Shown: positions 1 through 10,699 of the stretch, piece after piece
Numbering within the stretch: the first letter of the stretch is position 1
Layout of the letters: each line of letters starts with the position of its first letter
IMG/VR virus record: IMGVR_UViG_3300046839_000055
Coordinates: 32,001 to 96,000 of that record
Strand: one strand, 5' to 3'
From: a virus
Lineage: Duplodnaviria; Caudoviricetes
Length of the DNA: 64,000 bases
Position numbers and translations under genes: made by a program
The notes under the pieces: generated by a model
Database searches by the model: none
Told to the model about the DNA's origin: nothing
Seen by the model: the letters and a program-made list of their open reading frames with translations, nothing else

Positions 1-1461
1 CTGATTGACTGGCAGGAGCAGATCATCCGAGATCTTTTTGGTGTTCTGAAGCCAAACGGCTATCGCCAGTTCAATACAGCCTACATCGAGATTCCCAAGA
101 AACAAGGAAAGTCCGAGCTTGCCGCGGCGGTCGCTCTGCTTCTCACCTGCGGCGATGGGGAAGAGCGTGCAGAAGTCTACGGTTGTGCCGCAGACAGAAA
201 TCAGGCCAAGATCGTGTACGACGTGGCCGTTGATATGGTGCGGCTCTGCCCCGCTCTGGATAAACGAGTGAAGATTCTGGAATCCCAGAAGAAACTCATC
301 TATCTTCCGACGAACAGTACCTATCAGGTGCTCTCTGCAGATGTCGCCAATAAACACGGTTTTAATACGAGCGGCGTGATCTTCGATGAGCTTCACACCC
401 AGCCGAATCGGAAATTATACGACGTTATGACAAAAGGATCCGGCGATGCCAGAACCCAGCCGCTTTACTTTCTGATCACGACTGCAGGAACGGATACGAA
501 TAGCATCTGCTACGAGGTCCACCGGAAGGCACTCGATATTATCGCCGGAAGAAAGATTGATCCGACCTTCTACCCTGTGATCTACGGCGCAGCGGAATCC
601 GACGACTGGACAGATCCGGAGGTCTGGAAGAAAGCGAATCCGTCGCTTGGCATCACGGTCGGCATCGATAAGGTGCAAGATGCCTGCAACTCCGCCAAAC
701 AGAATCCCGGCGAAGAGAACGCCTTCCGGCAGCTGAGACTGAACCAATGGGTAAAGCAGGCTGTCCGCTGGATGCCAATGGACAAATGGGACGCCTGTGC
801 CTATCCTGTGGATCAGGATGAGCTGGAGGGCCGTGTCTGCTATGGCGGTCTCGACCTTTCGTCCACAACGGATATCACAGCCTTTGTCCTCGTCTTCCCA
901 CCAAGGGATGAGACGGATAAATATGTGGTTCTCCCCTACTTCTGGATTCCGGAAGACAACGTTGATCTTCGTGTGAGGCGTGATCACGTTCCTTACGACC
1001 TCTGGGAGAAGGAAGGCTATCTCGAAACGACCGAAGGCAATGTCATTCATTACGGATTTATCGAGAAGTTCATCGAGAATCTCGGGAACCGATTCAATAT
1101 CCGTGAGATCGCCTTTGACCGCTGGGGAGCTGTCCAGATGGTACAGAACCTCGAGGGCATGGGCTTTACTGTTGTTCCTTTCGGCCAGGGATTTAAAGAT
1201 ATGTCTCCGCCTACCAAGGAGCTCATGAATCTGGTCCTTGAGAAACGGATTGCCCACGGCGGGCATCCGGTGCTCCGCTGGATGATGGATAACATCTTCA
1301 TCCGTCGTGATCCGGCAGGAAACATCAAGGCAGACAAGGAAAAGTCCACAGAGAAGATCGATGGCGCGGTCGCTATGATCATGGGCCTCGACCGGGCAAT
1401 CCGGTGCGGCAACGATAGCGGCGAATCCGTCTACGACGACCGCGGCATCCTCTTTCTCTGA
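1..1461 (+). CDS. terL: Terminase large subunit (5' truncated by window edge)
   Basis: Frame open from base 1 (LIDWQEQII...EIPKKQGKS Walker A); VIFDELH Walker B; GGLDLSST and KIDGAVA nuclease motifs. Confidence 0.95.
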   Translation: MIDWQEQIIRDLFGVLKPNGYRQFNTAYIEIPKKQGKSELAAAVALLLTCGDGEERAEVYGCAADRNQAKIVYDVAVDMVRLCPALDKRVKILESQKKLIYLPTNSTYQVLSADVANKHGFNTSGVIFDELHTQPNRKLYDVMTKGSGDARTQPLYFLITTAGTDTNSICYEVHRKALDIIAGRKIDPTFYPVIYGAAESDDWTDPEVWKKANPSLGITVGIDKVQDACNSAKQNPGEENAFRQLRLNQWVKQAVRWMPMDKWDACAYPVDQDELEGRVCYGGLDLSSTTDITAFVLVFPPRDETDKYVVLPYFWIPEDNVDLRVRRDHVPYDLWEKEGYLETTEGNVIHYGFIEKFIENLGNRFNIREIAFDRWGAVQMVQNLEGMGFTVVPFGQGFKDMSPPTKELMNLVLEKRIAHGGHPVLRWMMDNIFIRRDPAGNIKADKEKSTEKIDGAVAMIMGLDRAIRCGNDSGESVYDDRGILFL

Positions 1462-1478
1462 TCATGTAGGAGGTATGA

Positions 1479-2816
1479 ATGAGCATCTTTTCAAAACTAT
1501 TTAAATCCAGAGATAAGCCGCAGAACTCCACGAACGGGTCCGGCTATCGCTACTACTTCGGCGGCACGACTTCCGGCAATACCGTAACGGAACGATCTGC
1601 CATGCAGATCTCAGCAGTCTATGCCTGCGTCCGTGTTCTCTCGGAGGCCATCGCAAGCCTGCCGCTTCACCTCTATGAATACACAGAGGAAGGCAGCAAG
1701 GTGAAAGCTGTGAAACATCCGCTTTACCGGCTTTTACATGATGAGCCGAATCCGGAAATGACATCGTATATCTTCCGGGAGACTTTGATGACGCATCTGC
1801 TCCTCTGGGGCAACGCTTACGCACAGATCATAAGGAACGGACGCGGTGAAGTCGTAGGGCTATATCCTCTGATGGCAAACCGGATGCGTGTGGACCGTGA
1901 TGAGAACGGCCACATCTACTATGAGTACCAGATGAATACCTCGGATGCTCCCACGATGAAAACCGGAACGGTCCGGCTCTCCCCGGAGGAAGTGCTGCAT
2001 GTTCCCGGTCTTGGCTTTGACGGCCTTGTCGGTTACTCCCCTATCGCGATGGCGAAGAACTCCATCGGCATGGCAATGGCCACCGAAGAATACGGCGCGT
2101 CCTTCTTTAAGAACGGCGCGAATCCGTCCGGCGTGCTTTCCATGCCCGGGACGGTAAAGGATCCGGAGAAGATCCGCTCCTCTTGGGAAGCGGGCTTCGG
2201 AGGAAGCCACAAGGCCAACAAGGTCGCGATCTTAGAGGAGGGCATGACTTATACCCCGATCTCCATCTCGCCCGAACAGGCGCAGTTTCTGGAGACTCGG
2301 AAATTCCAGCTGGATGAGATCGCAAGGATCTTCCGGATTCCACCCCACCTCATCGGTGATCTGGAGCATGCAACCTTCTCAAACATTGAGGAGCAGTCAC
2401 TGGAATTTGTCACTTATACGCTGGAGCCGTGGCTCGTCCGCTGGGAACAGTCGATGCAGCGCTCTCTCCTGCTTCCGCAGGAAAAGGAAAACTACTTCAT
2501 CCGCTTCAACGTGGACGGCCTGCTTCGAGGAGATTACGGCAGCCGGATGAGCGGCTACGCCACCGGCATCCAGAACGGCATCTACTCCATCAATGATGTG
2601 AGAGAGCTTGAAAACATGGACCTGCTTTCTGACGAGGAAGGCGGCAACCTTCACGTCCTGAACGGAAATGTTGTAAAACTCGCTGACGCAGGATCCGCGT
2701 ATGAGAAGAATACAGAATCAGAAAATAAGGAGGACTCAGATGAATCCACAGAAGAAGTTCTGGAAATGGGTAAGAAACAAAACGCCCGTACCGGAAAATC
2801 CAAGCGAAACAACTGA
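1479..2816 (+). CDS. HK97-family portal protein
   Basis: SAVYACV..SEAIASLP, LLWGNAY, GYSPI, EIARIFRIPPH, NDVRELEN motifs; follows terL. Confidence 0.95.
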   Translation: MSIFSKLFKSRDKPQNSTNGSGYRYYFGGTTSGNTVTERSAMQISAVYACVRVLSEAIASLPLHLYEYTEEGSKVKAVKHPLYRLLHDEPNPEMTSYIFRETLMTHLLLWGNAYAQIIRNGRGEVVGLYPLMANRMRVDRDENGHIYYEYQMNTSDAPTMKTGTVRLSPEEVLHVPGLGFDGLVGYSPIAMAKNSIGMAMATEEYGASFFKNGANPSGVLSMPGTVKDPEKIRSSWEAGFGGSHKANKVAILEEGMTYTPISISPEQAQFLETRKFQLDEIARIFRIPPHLIGDLEHATFSNIEEQSLEFVTYTLEPWLVRWEQSMQRSLLLPQEKENYFIRFNVDGLLRGDYGSRMSGYATGIQNGIYSINDVRELENMDLLSDEEGGNLHVLNGNVVKLADAGSAYEKNTESENKEDSDESTEEVLEMGKKQNARTGKSKRNN

Positions 2817-3588
2817 ATCAAGAACCTTGTTCTTAAACGGAACAATCGCTGAAGAGTCGTGGTTTGACGATGACGTCACCCCGGCTCTTTTTCGTTCCGA
2901 TCTTGAGAACGGAACCGGCGACATCACCGTCTGGGTAAACAGCCCCGGAGGCGACTGCTTCGCGGCAGCTCAGATCTACAACATGCTCCGTGACTACAAG
3001 GGAAAGGTCACCGTCAAGGTAGACGGTCTTGCTGCATCGGCAGCGTCCGTCATTGCAATGGCAGGCGATACGGTTCTCGTCTCTCCTGTCTCGATGATCA
3101 TGATCCATAACCCGAGCACTGTTGCGATGGGTGACACGGCAGAAATGCAGAAAGCCATCCAGATGCTCTCCGAGGTGAAGGATTCCATCATCAATGCCTA
3201 TCAGGCAAAGACCGGTCTTTCGAGAAACAAGCTCTCGAAACTCATGGATGAGGAGACCTGGATGGATGCCGGCAAGGCTGTGGAGCTTCACTTTGCAGAC
3301 GGCATGATCGAGCGCGACGAACTCTACGGTACCAAAACAGTACCTGAGACTGACGAAGAGGATGAGCCATCCGAGGGCGATGAGAAACCGGACGAGTCGT
3401 CAGAGGAGATTGAAGAGCAGCCTTCCGGCATGCTTTTCTCCCGCTACCAGGTGGCAGCAGCGATCAATAAGAAACTCTGCGACTACGCAAGGAATCACCC
3501 TGCAACCCCGCAGGCCAAAGATACCACTCACTTACACAGGGTCGATGACCTCGAAAAGAGACTCGATCTCATGAAACAGTTCATCTAA
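2740..3588 (+). CDS. ClpP-type prohead protease
   Basis: WVNSPGGD, DGLAASAASVI, MIHNP, ETWMDA motifs; AGGAGG RBS before ATG 2740; overlaps the portal 3' end. Confidence 0.92.
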   Translation: MNPQKKFWKWVRNKTPVPENPSETTESRTLFLNGTIAEESWFDDDVTPALFRSDLENGTGDITVWVNSPGGDCFAAAQIYNMLRDYKGKVTVKVDGLAASAASVIAMAGDTVLVSPVSMIMIHNPSTVAMGDTAEMQKAIQMLSEVKDSIINAYQAKTGLSRNKLSKLMDEETWMDAGKAVELHFADGMIERDELYGTKTVPETDEEDEPSEGDEKPDESSEEIEEQPSGMLFSRYQVAAAINKKLCDYARNHPATPQAKDTTHLHRVDDLEKRLDLMKQFI

Positions 3589-3601
3589 GGAGGAAAATAT
3601 T

Positions 3602-4798
3602 ATGACTTTACAGGAGCTTATGAACAAGAGAGCAAAGGCATGGGAAGCTGCAAAAGCCTTCCTTGACTCTCACAGAAACACCGACGGACTTCTCTCTCAG
3701 GAGGACGGTGAAACCTACGACCGCATGGAGAAGGAAATCACCGACTACACCAAGGAAATCGACCGTCTGAACAGACAGGCAGCTATTGAGGAGCAGATGG
3801 GAAAGCCGACCGCTTCTCCCCTCACTGGAAAGCCGGGAGCCGGCGTAAAGGACGAGCCGGAGAAAAAAGGCCGTGCTTCTCACGCATACGCCAAGGCAAT
3901 GATCGCTGCCATGCGTACCGGATTCCACCAGGTATCCGATGTTCTGGAAGAAGGCAATGACGCGAACGGCGGCTACCTTGTTCCGGAGGAATGGGATTCC
4001 CGTCTGATCGACAGACTCGAGGAGGAGAATATCTTCCGCGGACTTGCGACTATCATCACCACATCCGGCGAGCACAAGATCAACATTGCTGCGACTAAGC
4101 CCGCGGCTGCATGGATTGAGGAAGGTCAGGAGCTCACCTTCGGCGACGCTACTTTCGACCAGGTGATCCTCGATGCCCACAAACTGCACGTAGCCATCAA
4201 GGTAACGGAGGAACTGCTCTACGACAACGCCTTCAATCTTGAGAACTATATCATCGATACCTTCGGAAAGGCCATCGGCAATGCCGAGGAGGACGCTTTC
4301 TTGAACGGTGACGGCAAGGGCAAGCCGACCGGCATCTTCGCTGAGACCGGTGGCGGCCAGACTGGTGTGACCATTTCCGGCACTAAGATTACTGCCGATG
4401 ATGTGATCTCCCTCATCTACGCCCTCAAGCGTCCGTACAGAAAGAATGCCCTTTTCATTCTGAACGACTCCACTCTTGCAGTTCTCCGCAAGCTCAAGGA
4501 TTCGAACGGTGCGTACATCTGGCAGCCTTCCTACACTGCCGGTGAGCCGGATCGTCTCTGCGGATATTCCGTTCTGACCTCTGCTTATGCTCCGGCGCTG
4601 GAAGCTGGAAAGCCTGCCATCGCATTCGGCGACTTCTCCTACTACAACATCGGAGACCGTGGCACTCGTTCCGTTCAGGAACTCCGTGAGCTTTTCGCAG
4701 GCAACGGAATGATCGGCTACGTCGCCAAGGAGCGTGTTGACGGCAAGCTCGTTCTTCCGGAGGCTGTACAGATTCTGAAGGCTGGAGCATCCGCCTGA
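3602..4798 (+). CDS. HK97-fold major capsid protein
   Basis: N-terminal coiled-coil delta domain, GGYLVP, FLNGDGKGKPTGI, FGDFSYY, ERVDGK. Confidence 0.95.
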   Translation: MTLQELMNKRAKAWEAAKAFLDSHRNTDGLLSQEDGETYDRMEKEITDYTKEIDRLNRQAAIEEQMGKPTASPLTGKPGAGVKDEPEKKGRASHAYAKAMIAAMRTGFHQVSDVLEEGNDANGGYLVPEEWDSRLIDRLEEENIFRGLATIITTSGEHKINIAATKPAAAWIEEGQELTFGDATFDQVILDAHKLHVAIKVTEELLYDNAFNLENYIIDTFGKAIGNAEEDAFLNGDGKGKPTGIFAETGGGQTGVTISGTKITADDVISLIYALKRPYRKNALFILNDSTLAVLRKLKDSNGAYIWQPSYTAGEPDRLCGYSVLTSAYAPALEAGKPAIAFGDFSYYNIGDRGTRSVQELRELFAGNGMIGYVAKERVDGKLVLPEAVQILKAGASA

Positions 4799-4867
4799 CG
4801 GATTCCCTCTTAACTAGTAAAGGGGCCGGAGCCAATCACTCCGGTCCATATCATTATGGAGGTGCTT

Positions 4868-5137
4868 ATGGTAAAGCTTGAGGACGCCAAGAAATACCTC
4901 CGGATTGATTATTCGGATGAAGATGCACTCCTGCAAAGCGAGATCTCCGCAGCAGAACGTCTGGTAGCTGATGTGCTGAGGAAGGACTCGCTCGACGACA
5001 GTGACAGCCCTCTCGTCATGGCTGCTGTTCTCTATGCCCTCGCTTACTTAAATGAGCACCGGGAGGAAGCAGACCATCACGCACTGATTCTTACCCTCCG
5101 CGCCATTCTGTTTGGAGAAAGGAGCCCTGGATTCTGA
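4868..5137 (+). CDS. Head-tail connector (gp6-like)
   Basis: LEDAKKYLRID..DEDALL and YLNEHRE; position after capsid. Confidence 0.85.
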   Translation: MVKLEDAKKYLRIDYSDEDALLQSEISAAERLVADVLRKDSLDDSDSPLVMAAVLYALAYLNEHREEADHHALILTLRAILFGERSPGF

Positions 5138-5469
5138 TGAACATTGCAGGCATGAACATCCGCATCACGATTCAGAAAAATGAAATCGTGAAGGACAAGT
5201 ACGGAAACCACACCAATGCGTGGACGGACTTTTTCACCTGCTGGGCAACGCCAGTTCAAAGCGGCGGCTCAGAGAAACAGGAAGCCGGAACCACGAACAG
5301 TACGGAGGCACTTGATTTCACGGTCCGGTATGCGGAATGCCTCGAAGGGCTCGACTCCACGAAGCTCAGGATCCGACACGGCGATGATCTCTACAACGTG
5401 ACGGCGATAGACCCGATGGGATTCCATCACCGAAGTCTGAAATTCCGATGTGAGAAGGTGAAGCGATGA
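5137..5469 (+). CDS. Head closure / head-tail adaptor
   Basis: RITIQ...D.YGN...W..F..CWA pattern; synteny. Confidence 0.85.
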   Translation: MNIAGMNIRITIQKNEIVKDKYGNHTNAWTDFFTCWATPVQSGGSEKQEAGTTNSTEALDFTVRYAECLEGLDSTKLRIRHGDDLYNVTAIDPMGFHHRSLKFRCEKVKR

Positions 5470-5837
5470 AGATAAAAGCAGACGATCTTGCTGCAACGGT
5501 TGAGAAGACACTCTCCGACTACGTGGAGGATGTGAACGATGTTGTAAAGCAGGAAATCAAGGATGCCGGCAAGGAAGCTGTAAAGGAACTGAAGGAAAAA
5601 TCACCCAAGCGCAGAGGCAAGTACGCCAAGAGTTGGCGATCCACAGTTCAGAAGGAAACGGCTGTCGGCGCTGAAGTCGTCGTTCATAACAAGATCTATG
5701 GACTCACCCATCTTCTGGAAAAAGGTCATGCCAAGCGTGGCGGAGGTCGCGTTGATGGGATCCCGCATATCTCGACCGTGGAGGAAGACATCACCGGAAA
5801 GCTATCCGACGAGATTGAGAAGGAGTTGAAAAGCTGA
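5466..5837 (+). CDS. HK97 gp10-like neck protein
   Basis: SPKRRGKYAKSW and LTHLLEKGHAKRGGGRV motifs. Confidence 0.85.
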   Translation: MKIKADDLAATVEKTLSDYVEDVNDVVKQEIKDAGKEAVKELKEKSPKRRGKYAKSWRSTVQKETAVGAEVVVHNKIYGLTHLLEKGHAKRGGGRVDGIPHISTVEEDITGKLSDEIEKELKS

Positions 5838-6419
5838 TGGACAAGATCATCACCATTCTGGATGAGCTGGGTCTTCCCTTTGCCTACGATCACTTTACCG
5901 AGGGTGAAGGACCGGATCCACCTTTTCTCTGCTATCGCTGTCCGAACAGTGATAACTTCGCTGCGGATGGAACCGTGTATTTCCCGATTACCGAGATCGA
6001 TATCGAGCTCTACACGGATAAGAAGGATCCAAAGATCGAAAAGAAACTGGAAGATCTGCTCGTGAAAAGCGGAATCTTCTTTGACAAAACAGAGACCTGG
6101 ATAGAGTCGGAAAAGCTCTACTGTCATGCAGCAAATTAAACTCCCCACCTACCGCACTATAGCGGCAGATTGATTTCTGAAGTTCATAAAAATGATGATC
6201 CTAGCGTGCTGTCTTATGCGGCATGCTTTTTTCGTATACTGTTGACTATTCTAACAATCCGATTATGATAGTCTCCCGAAAGAAGGATAAGAAAAAGGAG
6301 AAGATCCACGCCCAGACAGCCGGTCTTCTCCTTAAGCACTATGTACGCAATGCGAACCGCCGGGCTCTCACCTTGCCAGTGAACACACCACCGTCCCACA
6401 TATACGTAAAGCTAACATT

Positions 6420-6995
6420 ATGATAAGGAGAATTTCGTTACTTTGCAATACCCAGAGGATCTCAGAGCCAGATGATCTTCTGTTCACATACCCCGGAGAT
6501 GAACTCCCAGACCTTTCGCTTGTCAACTGCCCGGCCTGCCGCGCCAGAGGCATGTATCAGCCCCACGGCAGCTACAAGCGCTACGTTGTGGATGTGTATC
6601 GGGGAAAGATATACGAACTCCAGGTCGCTGTCCCCAGAGTCAGATGTACCTGTGGGCATACCCATGCTCTCCTGAAAGACACACTCATTCCCTACTCCCA
6701 GTACACCCTGCGGTTCATCCTCACGGTCCTGAAGGCCTATTTCCGCCACAGCCGCACCGTAGCACAGATCTGTCGGGACTTCTGCATCGCCGCGCCGACC
6801 CTGTACCGGTGGAAGCGTGTCTTTCTGGCACACCGAGAGCTCTGGCTGGGGCTCCTGCGCAGCCGGGACAGTGATCCCTCATACTTTCTGAGATCCATCG
6901 ATCATCAGCCGCATCTCTCTTCCTTCCTGCACGCATTCTTTCTCAGGGCAGCTACCTCATTCCTGCAGCTGCACAGGAATCCGGCATACTCCTGA
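6420..6995 (+). CDS. IS accessory protein, zinc ribbon + HTH (DUF6431-like)
   Basis: CPAC...HGSY.R...RVRCTCGHTHALL; C-terminal HTH-like TLYRW. Confidence 0.75.
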   Translation: MIRRISLLCNTQRISEPDDLLFTYPGDELPDLSLVNCPACRARGMYQPHGSYKRYVVDVYRGKIYELQVAVPRVRCTCGHTHALLKDTLIPYSQYTLRFILTVLKAYFRHSRTVAQICRDFCIAAPTLYRWKRVFLAHRELWLGLLRSRDSDPSYFLRSIDHQPHLSSFLHAFFLRAATSFLQLHRNPAYS

Positions 6996-7100
6996 CAGGC
7001 CACACCCTCTATCGCCGCTGATGGCTCTTATTCCATAAGGTGTGAATAGTTCCGGCCTCCTGCCTGATTTAGGATACAGCCATCAGGAGGTAAGAGTACT

Positions 7101-8372
7101 ATGAATAATATTTATGCTAATGATGAACTCGCAAAAGCTACTGCTGTTGCCCAGTTCCGTTTCGCACTGATCGCTCCTGTAATCCAGGGGCTTTATTCTG
7201 ATGCCAGTGCCACGGAGTATTACAAACGGATCACGGAAAAACCGCTGAAGCTTCCAGACGGAACTGCTGTGACATACAGCTACAAGACCGTTGAAAAGTG
7301 GGCATCGATGTACAAACGTGGTGGTTATGATGCACTGATGCCCCAGGCCCGTTCTGACAAAGGTTCTGCCAGAGCGCTCTCTGATGCGGCCATCGAGGAG
7401 ATCTACAAGGTCAAGGAGAAGTTTCCGAGGCTGAACGCCACACAGATCTATCACCACCTTGTTGGCAACGGTCTTCTCTCCTCAAAAGTCAATGTCTGCT
7501 CTGTCCAGCGCTTCATCAGACGTAACGATCTCAAGTCGGCCAGAAATCCCAACGTACGGGACCGCAAACAGTTCGAGGAGGACGCTTTCGGGCGTATGTG
7601 GCAGGCTGATACCTGTTACCTGCCGCACATCACCGAGGACGGGCAGGTCCGCCGCGTCTATGCCATCATGATCATCGATGACCATTCGAGGCTCCTCGTC
7701 GGCGGCGAACTGTTCTACAGTGACAATGCCGCCAACTTCCAGAAAGTATTCAAAGACGCCATCGCAGCCTACGGCATCCCTTCAAAGCTCTACGTCGATA
7801 ACGGCTGTTCCTATGCCAATGAACAGCTTTCCCTCATCTGCGGCAGCCTCGGCGTTGTACTGCTCCACACAAGAGTACGCGACGGCGCCTCCAAAGCGAA
7901 GATCGAGCGCAGCTGGTTAACACTCAAGGAGACCTGGCTGTACAAGCTGGATATGGAGTCCATCCACTCCCTGGCGCAGTTCAACGGCATGCTCAGGGAA
8001 TATATGCGTTCTTATAACACTTCCTTCCATTCCGGGATCGGCTGTACGCCCATGGACCGGTACCTGAAGACAAAGGACCAGATCAAGGCTCCTACCTCAC
8101 AGGAATGGCTGGATGAATGTTTTCTCAACCGGATCAACCGACGCGTGAAGAAAGATGCCACTGTCTCCATCGATAAAGTCAGTTACGACGTGCCCATGCA
8201 GTTCATCGGGCAGAGCGTTGAGATCCGCTTCCAGCCCAGCGACATGAGCACAGCCTTCATCCTTTACGATAAAAAGCGCTTCCCGATCCGTCAGACCAAC
8301 CGTGTAGAGAACTGCCACACGAAGCGTGATAACATCACGATCGACTACGCGAAGATCGGAGATGCATCATGA
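7101..8372 (+). CDS. DDE (rve-type) transposase with Mu-like C-terminal domain
   Basis: WQADT, IIDDHSR, LYVDNG, KAKIERSW catalytic motifs; RRVKKDATVSID C-terminus. Confidence 0.92.
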   Translation: MNNIYANDELAKATAVAQFRFALIAPVIQGLYSDASATEYYKRITEKPLKLPDGTAVTYSYKTVEKWASMYKRGGYDALMPQARSDKGSARALSDAAIEEIYKVKEKFPRLNATQIYHHLVGNGLLSSKVNVCSVQRFIRRNDLKSARNPNVRDRKQFEEDAFGRMWQADTCYLPHITEDGQVRRVYAIMIIDDHSRLLVGGELFYSDNAANFQKVFKDAIAAYGIPSKLYVDNGCSYANEQLSLICGSLGVVLLHTRVRDGASKAKIERSWLTLKETWLYKLDMESIHSLAQFNGMLREYMRSYNTSFHSGIGCTPMDRYLKTKDQIKAPTSQEWLDECFLNRINRRVKKDATVSIDKVSYDVPMQFIGQSVEIRFQPSDMSTAFILYDKKRFPIRQTNRVENCHTKRDNITIDYAKIGDAS

Positions 8373-9181
8373 GCAGTTTTACAGCGTACTACGGGCTTAC
8401 CTGCAATCCGTTCGACAAGCAGTCACTGAAGGAAAGGGATCATTTCGAGTCCTCGGATTTCAAAGAAATGACTAGCCGCCTGAATTATCTCAAGGACGTG
8501 CGTGGGATCGGCGTTTTTACCGCGCGTCCCGGGATGGGCAAGACCTTTGTCCTGCGCTGCTTCGCCGCCGGACTCAACCCAAACCTGTACCACATGGCTT
8601 ACATCTGCCTGTCCACCGTAGGCGTCACAGATTTCTATAAAGAGTTCTGCGGCATCCTTGGCGTCAGCCAGAAAGGCAGCAAACCGGCGTTGTTCAAGGC
8701 GATCCAAGAGCAGATCTATTACCTGTACAAAGAGAAGAGGCAGCCGCTGATCCTTGCGATAGATGAAGCGCAGGAGCTCTCCACCTCGATCCTGAACGAT
8801 CTGAAGATGATCATGAACTTCAGATACGATTCCCTGAACTGCTTCACACTCATCCTTGTGGGAGAATCCCAGCTGAACATAAAGCTCTCTCTTCCCATCC
8901 ACGAAGCGATCCGTCAGCGGATCACTGTTCACTATGACTTTAAGGGGCTCACTGCAGATGAGATCCCGGCATATGTGCGGCATAAGATCCATGTCGCCGG
9001 AGGAGCCGATTCCATTATTGACGATGCTGCTATGGCGTCAGTCCATTCCCTGTCGCAGGGTAATCCCCGGGTCATCGATACGCTGATGACGGATGCCCTG
9101 ACTATCGGCGCCCAGATGGATAAAAAGGTCATCGACGCTGAAGTTATCATGGCCGCCGCAAATAACCGGCAGCTCGGATGA
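8369..9181 (+). CDS. ExeA/TnsC-like AAA ATPase (transposition helper)
   Basis: YYGLTCNPF N-terminus, ARPGMGKT Walker A, IDEAQ Walker B, SQGNPRVI. Confidence 0.9.
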   Translation: MSSFTAYYGLTCNPFDKQSLKERDHFESSDFKEMTSRLNYLKDVRGIGVFTARPGMGKTFVLRCFAAGLNPNLYHMAYICLSTVGVTDFYKEFCGILGVSQKGSKPALFKAIQEQIYYLYKEKRQPLILAIDEAQELSTSILNDLKMIMNFRYDSLNCFTLILVGESQLNIKLSLPIHEAIRQRITVHYDFKGLTADEIPAYVRHKIHVAGGADSIIDDAAMASVHSLSQGNPRVIDTLMTDALTIGAQMDKKVIDAEVIMAAANNRQLG

Positions 9182-9407
9182 AGAAGCAGAAGAACAGATC
9201 AAAAGACCGTGAGGAGGGGATCTCTCTGCGGCCTTTTTCCGTATCTCGCCTTAATAACAGGCACCGGCGCGGAACTGGTAAGAGACCTGGCAGGATCATG
9301 CCGCATTTCTGCTCAGAGTGTGCCGCAGGTTACGGTCTGGCACAATCCCAACGGAGAGAACACCGAAATTAAACTGCCGTTTGCGCCGCTGGCAACGTGC
9401 CGCATGA

Positions 9408-10085
<678 letters not shown>

Positions 10086-10100
10086 TAAGGAGGAACGATC

Positions 10101-10475
10101 ATGTATCAGGAGATTTCGCTCCGGCTCAGTGATGGGTCGGAGCAGAATTTCCCGTTTCTCGCAACGGGAACAACAGCCTACCGCTTTAAGCAGGTATTCC
10201 ATCAGGATCTGATGATCCTCTTGAACAAGATGGAAAACAGCGAGGATGATCAAACCGATATGACAGTCGGTGACAAACTCGCTTTTATCATGAATGCACA
10301 GGCAGAAAAGAAGGATATGAATCATCTGAGCGTAGATGCTTTCCTTACCTGGGCAGACCAGTTCGATGGCGCAGAACTCTTCCTTCACATGCAGGAGTTC
10401 GTTACTCTCTATCTTGGCTCCAGAAGGACAACCTCAAGGCCAAAAAAAGAAGTCGCCCAACTGAACGGGAAGTAA
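10101..10475 (+). CDS. Tail assembly chaperone (gpG-like)
   Basis: Between MTP and TMP; slippery A-run near the 3' end. Confidence 0.85.
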   Translation: MYQEISLRLSDGSEQNFPFLATGTTAYRFKQVFHQDLMILLNKMENSEDDQTDMTVGDKLAFIMNAQAEKKDMNHLSVDAFLTWADQFDGAELFLHMQEFVTLYLGSRRTTSRPKKEVAQLNGK

Positions 10476-10642
10476 ACACGGCTGTGTTTATGCTGCGTGC
10501 CAAACAGCTGGGCTTTTCCTTAGAGGAACTCGACAACGTGGAGGAAGGACTCGTGATGGATATGATCATTGAATCCGGAAATGATCTCTGTGATGACGAG
10601 TACAGGCAGGTTGCAACGCAGCAGGATTTCGATTCGTTTTAA
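10442..10642 (+). other. Programmed -1 frameshift site and gpGT-like extension
   Basis: A AAA AAA at 10442-10448; the -1 frame is open to TAA at 10640-10642 (...FMLRAKQLG...ATQQDFDSF). Confidence 0.85.
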
Positions 10643-10644
10643 TC

Positions 10645-10671
10645 AGCATCGGTAAAAGCCGGTGCTTTTTT
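10645..10671 (+). terminator. Rho-independent terminator-like hairpin before TMP
   Basis: AGCATCGG-TAAAAG-CCGGTGCT followed by a T run. Confidence 0.6.
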
Positions 10672-10699
10672 CATGCCGTTTTTCAGGAGGTGATGAGCT

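Noticed and set aside
2740-2816. Portal/ClpP overlap (and PrgI/VirB4 overlap) as programmed recoding
   Set aside because: Each downstream gene has its own RBS and start codon, so a simple overlap explains it.
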